From positions 420,001 to 452,000 of the forward strand of contig NC_000916.1 in NCBI RefSeq assembly GCF_000008645.1: a DNA stretch of 32,000 nt. Direction: 5' to 3'. Position 1 is the first letter of the stretch. The number at the start of each line of letters is the position of its first letter. Shown one piece after another: positions 10,046-16,666 of this stretch. Source of the stretch: Methanothermobacter thermautotrophicus str. Delta H. GTDB lineage: Archaea; Methanobacteriota; Methanobacteria; Methanobacteriales; Methanothermobacteraceae. The notes beneath the pieces are model-generated. The model was not told the DNA's origin and did not search any database. It worked only from the letters and a program-made list of their open reading frames with translations. The position numbers and the translations under genes are program-made.

Positions 10046-10952
10046 AGATAGCAGAGGTCACATGGGGGATGAGGAGCGCCATGTTGATGATGTCCTCACG
10101 GTTGTGCTCAACCAGGGGGACCAGGGGCCCTGGGCTGCCGGTTGAGATGTAGGTCCTGTAGTAGTCCGGGACGTGTGAGCCGGGTATGTCAAGGTCCCTC
10201 TCAGCACCCAGGATATGCCTCTCCACCGTTGACAGTTTACAGTCAGGGAGTGTGTGCCCCCAGAGTCGCCTTGAAATATGGTATAGGTCCACGTGACAGT
10301 TTTCAAGACTGTTTTCAAGGCCATGGACGGCTGACCTCCTCCTTATGTAGGGGATGTCGAAGCTTGCACCGTTGAAGGTTACGATGATGGAGTCTGGTGG
10401 TATGTGGTGGTAGATCTCAAGGACAGCCCCCTCCATTTCAGGTGCCGGTGCCAGGCGCTGCCTCACATTCATCACCCCATCCTCAATCCATGCCATGCCT
10501 GTGAGTATGACCGGCGCCCCTCCAAGGCCCAGGGTCTCGATGTCCAGGAAGGTGAATCTCTCCTCATCCACAAGACCAAGCGCACCCAGAACCCTGTAAT
10601 CAGAGGATGAACAGTTCAGGTAGCCCCTGATCCCAGGGAAGTCCCCTGAATCAATGAGATCAAGGATGCGTGCTGCCTCCTCCCGGTAGATCTCATGTTC
10701 CAGGAGGTCCTCGATGGTATGGTAGCCCTCAGATTTCAGCATCCTTTCGGTTATGGAACCAACACCCCTCAGCAGTTTCAGATCAGAGAGGATGTGGGGT
10801 CTGACATCAGACCTCCTCAGCTTCACCCTCCTCTCATGGGATATCTCCAGGGCCTCAGAGCCTGCAGCGGTCACCCTGGACGCATCAAAGGTCTCCTCGA
10901 GTGATGCGCCATCATATTCTGTTACGAGATCCCATTTGAGTTTTTCAAGCAC
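10041..10952 (-). CDS. mrfB: RNase H-like/DnaQ-fold exonuclease with N-terminal HhH (YprB/MrfB-like)
   Basis: The motifs FLDIETLGL (Exo I), NGASFDIPYI (Exo II) and EHNREDIINM (Exo III-like), plus LRGVGSITERML (HhH), are present. The gene sits immediately downstream of the YprA/MrfA-like helicase with a 41-nt gap, as in the B. subtilis yprA-yprB arrangement. Confidence 0.7.
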   Translation of the reverse strand: MLEKLKWDLVTEYDGASLEETFDASRVTAAGSEALEISHERRVKLRRSDVRPHILSDLKLLRGVGSITERMLKSEGYHTIEDLLEHEIYREEAARILDLIDSGDFPGIRGYLNCSSSDYRVLGALGLVDEERFTFLDIETLGLGGAPVILTGMAWIEDGVMNVRQRLAPAPEMEGAVLEIYHHIPPDSIIVTFNGASFDIPYIRRRSAVHGLENSLENCHVDLYHISRRLWGHTLPDCKLSTVERHILGAERDLDIPGSHVPDYYRTYISTGSPGPLVPLVEHNREDIINMALLIPHVTSAIC

Positions 10953-10993
10953 ACTATACCTCCAGCATCATCCTTCAATTTTTCAGCCCCGGA

Positions 10994-13462
10994 CTATGAG
11001 CCGTTCATGGCCCTCTCATGGAAGTAGGCCGCCATCTCAACCTCCCCCTGCCTTCTGAGTATTTCCCCCATCAGGTAGCATGCCCCTGGATTTCCAGGGT
11101 CCCTCTCAAGGACCTCATGTAGCCTTAACTTGGCATCCAGGAGGTTACCCTCACTGCAGAGCTCCTCCACCCCTGCGAGGACATCCCCATCAACCTCACT
11201 GGCCTCCCTGACCTCACCCGAGGTCTGCTCCATGAGGTACTCCAGTATCTTCACCGTCGCATCCCTGTGGAGCGGCGAGTTCTCGTTGCCGCACTTTGGT
11301 GAGTAGATACATGATGGGCAGCCCTCGGTGCAGCTGCAGGATGATACAAGTTCAAGGGTCGATGCCAGGAGGTCCCCGAAGACCTCAACACCCTTCTCTG
11401 CAAGTCCTATTCCGCCCTCGAAGCCGTCATATATGAATATAGTGGCCTCCTGTGTGTCCGGGTGCATGGGTGTGGATATGCCCCCGATATCACTCCTGTC
11501 GCAGAGGACGTGGAGGGGGAAGAGGGATATGAGGGCGTCTTCAGCCCCATGTATTCCCCCGTGGAAGGCATCCCCACCGTACATCTCCTCAACCTCATCC
11601 CTGAGGGAGTCTGGGATGGTGAACCAGAGGGCCCTGGTCCTGAACCTGAGTGGTGGGAGGTCAAGTTCCCTTTTACCCAGGACCCTGCTGTAGCTCATTA
11701 CCCTGTATCCTGTGTAGTGCTCGGTCACCTCAACCTCGCCGAAGTTAACCTCAAGGTCCCCCAGTCTCCGCTGCCGGAGCTTCCTTATAATCCTGAGCTC
11801 GGTGTCCCTGAGGACACTGGTATGGTACTCAACGTCCCTCCTGTCAACGATTATCCTCCTGCCTTCAAGGTCAAAGTCCCGTACGGTGTAGGTGTTGCCG
11901 TGGTTCATGAGCACCGCACCCTCATGGGCCTCCCTGTAGGCCTGGGAGCGGCTCATGGTCTCAAGGACGCGGCCCTCACAGATGACCGTGAAGGTGTCCT
12001 GGGAGACGTCATCGAGGCCGTACCTGAACTGGGGGTCGCCGCTGCAGGTGAGACCATCTGGTGCCAGTTCAAGCTCCCCATCAGCAAGCATCTCCCCTGC
12101 AACACCCACGCTGAAGTCGTATTCCAGGAAGTCATCCAGGATTAAGGGCAGCTCGGAGGCCGCGCATGCAGTCTGGTTCCTCAGTATCAGCCTGTTCTGG
12201 AGGTCTATTATTGCATTCTCATGGGGCCTCTCAAAGATGAATGAGGGGTTCTTCATGATGTACTGGTCCAGGGGGTTCTCGAAGGCCACCAGGATCACCA
12301 TGGAGTCCTTCAGGTTCCTCCCGGCCCTCCCGGCCTGCTGCCAGGTCGATATCATGGTCCCGGGGTAACCAGATATTATGACGGCGTCCAGTGAACCTAT
12401 GTCTATGCCGAGCTCCAGGGCATTGGTTGCAGTGACACCCAGGAGCCTCCCCTCCTTGAGGTCGGCCTCTATCCTCCGCCTCTGCTCTGCAAGGTAACCT
12501 GCCCTGTAGGACGTCACCCTGTCAACGAGTTTGCGGTTCTCCCTATCAAGCTGCTCCCTCGTCCAGCGGGTTACAAGTTCAGCCATCTTCCTTGAGATGG
12601 TGAAGCAGAGGGTCTGCACGCCCCTCAGAACAAGGTATGAGAGTATGGCTGAGGTTTCAAGGTGCGCTGAGGGGTCACCCCTCTTCCTGTAGGGGTTGTA
12701 GAGTATGAAGTGCTTCGGACCTGAGGGTGAAGTGTCATCCGAGATCACCCTGAAGTCAAGGCCTGTGAGTTTACGTGAAAACTCGGCAGGGTTTGCCAGG
12801 GTTGCGCTTGCAAGGACGAACTGGGGCTCTGAGCCGTAGTACCTGCAGATCCTCCGCAGCCTCCTCAGGAGGAGGGCCACGTTGGAGCCGAAAACCCCCC
12901 TGTACTGGTGGGCCTCATCAATCACCACGTAGCGCAGGTTACTGTAGAACCGCCTCCACTGGTGATGCCAGGGGAGTATGCGGTGGAGCTGGTGGGGGTT
13001 GGTGAGTATCACCCTGGAGTTCTCTCTTATCCAGGGCCTCCGCTCCCTGGGTGTGTCACCATCATAGGTTGACGGGTTGAGTTTGAGTCCGAGCTCTGAC
13101 TCCAGCTCCTCCAGGACCCCGAGCTGGTCCCTTGAGAGGGCCTTGACAGGGTATATGTAGAGGGCCGTTGCATCAGGGTTGAGGGTGAGGGTCTCCATGA
13201 TGGGGAGATTGAAGGCCAGTGTCTTCCCGGAGGCCGTGGGGGTTGTTATGAGGATGTTCATCCCCTCCCTTATGGCGTCGAGGGCCTCCCTCTGGTGGCG
13301 GTAAAGCCTTATACCCCCTGCATCCAGGTAGTCCCGGATGTTATCAGGGATGTCTGTGGAGTCAGAGTACCTTGCTTCACGGCCAGGGATTGTCTCCACG
13401 TGTTCTATGGCATCCCTGAACCGCCAGTCCCTCCTGAACCTCTCAAGAACCCTTTTAACCAT
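10994..13462 (-). CDS. mrfA: DEAD/DEAH-box SF2 helicase with C-terminal DUF1998 (MrfA zinc-binding) domain and TPR-like tail (YprA/MrfA-like)
   Basis: Helicase motifs present are TPTASGKTLAF (I), VVIDEAHQYRG (II), SATL (III) and TNALELGIDIG...QQAGRAGR (V/VI). The DUF1998 cysteine cluster is CSCTEGCPSCIYSPKCGNENSPLHR. The C-terminus LLDAKLRLHEVLERDPGNPGACYLMGEILRRQGEVEMAAYFHERA is TPR-like. Confidence 0.85.
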   Translation of the reverse strand: MVKRVLERFRRDWRFRDAIEHVETIPGREARYSDSTDIPDNIRDYLDAGGIRLYRHQREALDAIREGMNILITTPTASGKTLAFNLPIMETLTLNPDATALYIYPVKALSRDQLGVLEELESELGLKLNPSTYDGDTPRERRPWIRENSRVILTNPHQLHRILPWHHQWRRFYSNLRYVVIDEAHQYRGVFGSNVALLLRRLRRICRYYGSEPQFVLASATLANPAEFSRKLTGLDFRVISDDTSPSGPKHFILYNPYRKRGDPSAHLETSAILSYLVLRGVQTLCFTISRKMAELVTRWTREQLDRENRKLVDRVTSYRAGYLAEQRRRIEADLKEGRLLGVTATNALELGIDIGSLDAVIISGYPGTMISTWQQAGRAGRNLKDSMVILVAFENPLDQYIMKNPSFIFERPHENAIIDLQNRLILRNQTACAASELPLILDDFLEYDFSVGVAGEMLADGELELAPDGLTCSGDPQFRYGLDDVSQDTFTVICEGRVLETMSRSQAYREAHEGAVLMNHGNTYTVRDFDLEGRRIIVDRRDVEYHTSVLRDTELRIIRKLRQRRLGDLEVNFGEVEVTEHYTGYRVMSYSRVLGKRELDLPPLRFRTRALWFTIPDSLRDEVEEMYGGDAFHGGIHGAEDALISLFPLHVLCDRSDIGGISTPMHPDTQEATIFIYDGFEGGIGLAEKGVEVFGDLLASTLELVSSCSCTEGCPSCIYSPKCGNENSPLHRDATVKILEYLMEQTSGEVREASEVDGDVLAGVEELCSEGNLLDAKLRLHEVLERDPGNPGACYLMGEILRRQGEVEMAAYFHERAMNGS

Positions 13463-13484
13463 GAAAATGAATTATGGTTTAATC

Positions 13485-13492
13485 TTATTTAA
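13485..13492 (-). promoter_or_regulatory. Candidate TATA box (TTAAATAA) for the MrfA-like gene; spacing implies a leaderless or very short-leader mRNA
   Basis: The minus strand reads caaTTAAATAAgattaaaccataattcattttcATG. The box lies 23-30 nt upstream of ATG 13462, and there is no SD between them. Confidence 0.3.
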
Positions 13493-13695
13493 TTGTTGTC
13501 CAGGGTGCAGAATATCCGTTTATTTAATCTCCAGACTGGCGAAACAGATTCCGGGCGTTACACTTTTCCTTCTGATGAACATAATATGATACAGTGTGTA
13601 TTAGGGTGTGTGACTTTAAGGAGATATGTGGCTGTGGCCATCATCATGGCCGGCCTGGTCCTGCAGCGGCCTATCTCTCAGGGGGTGGAGCCCCT

Positions 13696-14150
13696 GTGGA
13701 GGGTCGTGTGGCCCTGGTGGTCTTCGCGGACTAGGACCCGCATGAATTTGAAACTCAGCGCTGAGGTCACCGTGATAGGGGCGGGAGACCTCCCATCTGG
13801 CTACGATATCCGCATTGAGGATGTGAAGCCATCCTATATCAGGGGCCACGATGCAGTTATCTTCACAGGTGGAAGCGGCCTCTACAGGAGGGCGAAGTCC
13901 GGCCGGGTGGACCGGGACCTGGAGATGGCGGCCGATACAGCAGAATCAGCCAGCAGGAGTGATAGGATCATAGGCGCCATATGCGCTGCCCCGGCCATAC
14001 CAGCCATGGCCGGAATCATGAGGGGGTCAGAATGCTACCATATACCCCGGCCTTGAGGGTGTCCTCTCAGAGAACGGCGCCAGATACGTGAAGGGTGACG
14101 TCGTGGTTTCAGGGAGGATTGTAACGGTACCCGCCCCTGAATCCGCCTAA
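13696..14150 (+). pseudogene. DJ-1/PfpI-family protein, decayed (in-frame TAG plus at least 2 frameshifts)
   Basis: A GTG at 13696 follows a GGTGGAG SD and reads VEGRVALVVFAD-TAG(13732-13734)-DPHEFE. A second frame (ORF 13493..14056) continues with SAEVTVIGAG...HDAVIFTGGSG...RIIGAICAAPAIPAMAG, including the nucleophile-elbow Cys. A third frame from 14031 reads NATIYPGLEGVLSENGARYVKGDVVVSGRIVTVPAPESA* (stop 14148-14150). Confidence 0.65.
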
Positions 14151-14201
14151 ACTGAGGGATACCCTCAGGGAGATGATCAGGAAGAGATGAGGTGTGCATT
14201 C

Positions 14202-14708
14202 ATGAAGAAGTATATTTTAATTGTGATGCTTGCCCTGATGGTTGCGGGCTGCGTCTCTGAGGATGGTAACTACACATACAATGAGGGTGTCCAGGACAGC
14301 AATGTGGACAATCCTGTTAATGATTCATGGACCAGCGACTCCCAGGATAAGGTTAACGATACTGCTGAGAAAAAATCCAGTTATGAGGCATCAGGCAGCT
14401 GTTACCATGTGGTTGACGGTGACACCATAGACGTTGAGGGCGTCGGGAGGATACGCCTGGTAGGGGTTAACACCCCTGAACGTGGACAGCCAGGCTACAG
14501 GGAGGCGAAGGACTTCGTGAAGTCCATGTGCCTTGGAAGAACAGTCCAGCTGGACATCGATGATGCTAAAAGACACGACAGGTATGGGAGGGTCCTTGCA
14601 GTTGTCTACGTCGACGGTGTCAACCTCAACAGGGAGCTTCTCAGGCGCGGCTATGCCGAGGTAATGTACATACCACCCTCTGAGTTTAACCCATATGGGT
14701 GGACATAA
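14202..14708 (+). CDS. Secreted/lipoprotein staphylococcal-nuclease (SNase/thermonuclease) homologue
   Basis: MKKYILIVMLALMVAGC is a signal peptide with a lipobox-like Cys. The SNase core reads VVDGDTIDV...IRLVGVNTPE...EAKDFV...DRYGRVLAVVYVDGVNLNRELLRRGYA. A GAGGTG SD lies 8 nt upstream of ATG 14202, which I prefer over 14187. Confidence 0.8.
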   Translation: MKKYILIVMLALMVAGCVSEDGNYTYNEGVQDSNVDNPVNDSWTSDSQDKVNDTAEKKSSYEASGSCYHVVDGDTIDVEGVGRIRLVGVNTPERGQPGYREAKDFVKSMCLGRTVQLDIDDAKRHDRYGRVLAVVYVDGVNLNRELLRRGYAEVMYIPPSEFNPYGWT

Positions 14709-14709
14709 C

Positions 14710-14740
14710 AAAAAATAATTTAATGTGGTTAAGATAAATC
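14710..14740 (+). promoter_or_regulatory. Candidate promoter region (A/T-rich boxes AATAATTTAA and TTAAGATAAAT) for the methyltransferase operon
   Basis: These are the only A/T-rich TATA-like elements in the 65-nt gap. They lie 35-60 nt upstream of ATG 14774, and AGAGG lies 11 nt before the ATG. Confidence 0.3.
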
Positions 14741-14773
14741 ATCAATGACAGGTAACCAGAGGCAGGTTCGGCG

Positions 14774-16015
14774 ATGTCAGATGTTGTGTTGATTGACATA
14801 TTTGCAGGTGCGGGGGGGCTTACTGAAGGTTTCCTTCGGAGTGATTATACATTCGTTTCACATATTGAGATGGACAGGGATGCGATTCAGACACTGGAGA
14901 CAAGGGGACTCTATCATCACCTGCAGAGCGATGGTGACCCCGAGGATTACACCGAATACGTTAATGGTGAGATAGGACGTGAAGAACTATTCAGAAGATA
15001 TCCTGACTTTGACAGTGAACTGTACATGAACCTTGAACTCACAGAGGAAAACGTGGACAGGGTCATAGAGACCATCAGGTCAAAGATGAATGATATGGGG
15101 ACAGTTTCTGTTGATGGCATAATAGGTGGGCCTCCATGTCAGGCGTACTCATATGCTGGCAGATCCCGGAAGAACATGGAAAAGGACAGGAGAAACTACC
15201 TCTACCTCCTGTACATTAAATTCCTGAAAGAATTCCAGCCGGAATTCTTTGTATTCGAGAACGTCCCCGGGATGAAGTCAGCGCAAAGGGGCCACATACT
15301 ATCTGATTTCCAGAGGAAGGTAACAGACCTGGAATATAAACTTGACTTTGAAGTGCGTGATGCATATAACTTCGGGGTCCCTCAGAGGAGAAGGAGGATC
15401 ATAGTCATCGGCCACCGCATGGAAGATAAAAGGATACAGTTTGATGAGGAGAGGTATGCCGGTACAGTGAATGACATCCTATGTGATCTGCCCGCCCTTG
15501 AACCCGGCCAGGGCACAGACGGGCCCCAGGAATATAGATCCAGACCATCACGCCTCCTGAATGAGATGGGTATAAGGACAGAGAATGATATTCTCCGACA
15601 TCACCAGGCGCGAAGACACAACCCGCGGGACCGCGAAATTTACAGGAGAACAATTGACGCATGGAACTCAGAGAGGAGAAGATTAAAATATACAGAACTT
15701 CCACCGGAACTCAGGACACACAGGAACACCAGGAGCTTCCTTGACCGTTACAAGGTGGTTGCAGGGGACCTCCCCTATTCCCATACCATTGTCGCGCATA
15801 TATCAAAGGATGGACACTACTACATCCACCCCGACAGAGAACAGGCCCGTTCTCTGACCGTAAGGGAAGCTGCAAGGATCCAGTCCTTCCCGGATAACTA
15901 CATATTTGAAGGATCCATGACCTCAAAGTACCGGCAGATAGGAAACGCCGTGCCTCCACTAATGTCTGAGAAGATTGCCCGCAAACTTTATGAAATCTAC
16001 AGGGGGGACCTCTGA
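14774..16015 (+). CDS. drmMII: DNA (cytosine-5)-methyltransferase (Dcm family; DrmMII-like position)
   Basis: All core motifs are present: DIFAGAGGLTEGF (I), GGPPCQAYS (IV, 15125-15151), ENVPGM (VI), QRRRRIIVIG (VIII), RSLTVREAARIQSFPDNY (IX) and QIGNAVPP (X). A variable target-recognition region of roughly 120-130 aa lies between VIII and IX. Confidence 0.92.
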   Translation: MSDVVLIDIFAGAGGLTEGFLRSDYTFVSHIEMDRDAIQTLETRGLYHHLQSDGDPEDYTEYVNGEIGREELFRRYPDFDSELYMNLELTEENVDRVIETIRSKMNDMGTVSVDGIIGGPPCQAYSYAGRSRKNMEKDRRNYLYLLYIKFLKEFQPEFFVFENVPGMKSAQRGHILSDFQRKVTDLEYKLDFEVRDAYNFGVPQRRRRIIVIGHRMEDKRIQFDEERYAGTVNDILCDLPALEPGQGTDGPQEYRSRPSRLLNEMGIRTENDILRHHQARRHNPRDREIYRRTIDAWNSERRRLKYTELPPELRTHRNTRSFLDRYKVVAGDLPYSHTIVAHISKDGHYYIHPDREQARSLTVREAARIQSFPDNYIFEGSMTSKYRQIGNAVPPLMSEKIARKLYEIYRGDL

Positions 16016-16137
16016 TTTCTGAAAAGGATCTGCTGCTTGATATTCATACCAGAATCTGCGAATGGGGAAAAAAGAATTTAAGGAAATTTCCCTGGCGCGA
16101 AAGAAGAGATGACTATGGAATTCTGCTGGCTGAAATA

Positions 16138-16665
16138 ATGCTTCACAGAACACGCGCAGAACAGGTGCTTGAAATTTATGAAAACTTTGTTGAAAAATTT
16201 CCTGATTTTAAATCGGTGTGTGAAGCGGGACAGGAAACAATAGAAAAAGAAATGGAGTCCCTTGGTCTCAGATGGAGAGCCAGAAATCTCCATAAACTCG
16301 CATGTGAGATTGAAAGCAGACACGGGGGGGCTGTTCCAAAAAACAAAAATGATCTCCTTGAACTTCCAGGCATTGGGAACTACATTTCCTCGGCGTTTTT
16401 ATGTTTTTCCAAAAATATTCCAGAACCCCTTCTGGACACGAACACCGTCAGAATCATTGGTAGATTGTTTGATCTTGAGATCAGTGATTCATCCCGCAGA
16501 AAAAAGGATTTTGAAACAGTAATGAGGAAAATTCTTGAATTTGGTGACTGCAGACACCTTTCACTATCGATGATCGATTTCGGAGAGGCTGTGTGCAGAG
16601 CTAGCGATCCCCTCTGCCATGAATGTCCCCTGAAACTATCATGCAACTTTTACAGGAGATGTTAG
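16138..16665 (+). CDS. mig: HhH-GPD superfamily DNA glycosylase with [4Fe-4S] loop (EndoIII/MutY/Mig.Mth-like). Coordinates start at the first canonical start codon; the conserved frame is open from 15994.
   Basis: LLELPGIGNYISSAF is the HhH-GPD hairpin, LLDTNTVRIIGR matches vDtN..R with the catalytic Asp, and CRASDPLCHECPLKLSC is the Cx6Cx2Cx5C cluster. Upstream, in the same frame with no ATG/GTG/TTG, the sequence reads ..LISEKDLLLDIHTRICEWGKKNLRKFPWRERRDDYGILLAEIM-LHRTRAEQV. This is the conserved N-terminal helix region of this family. Confidence 0.85.
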   Translation: MLHRTRAEQVLEIYENFVEKFPDFKSVCEAGQETIEKEMESLGLRWRARNLHKLACEIESRHGGAVPKNKNDLLELPGIGNYISSAFLCFSKNIPEPLLDTNTVRIIGRLFDLEISDSSRRKKDFETVMRKILEFGDCRHLSLSMIDFGEAVCRASDPLCHECPLKLSCNFYRRC

Positions 16666-16666
16666 A

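Noticed and set aside
13732-13734. The in-frame TAG in the DJ-1/PfpI gene as a pyrrolysine or readthrough codon
   Set aside because: The gene also needs at least two frameshifts to be read. Pyrrolysine machinery is a Methanosarcinales/Methanomassiliicoccales trait not expected here, so plain pseudogenisation is simpler.
13493-14056. The 187-aa ORF as an intact gene
   Set aside because: Its first ~80 codons are out-of-frame read-through of intergenic and N-terminal pseudogene sequence. Only the middle part matches DJ-1/PfpI, and the real N- and C-termini lie in other frames.
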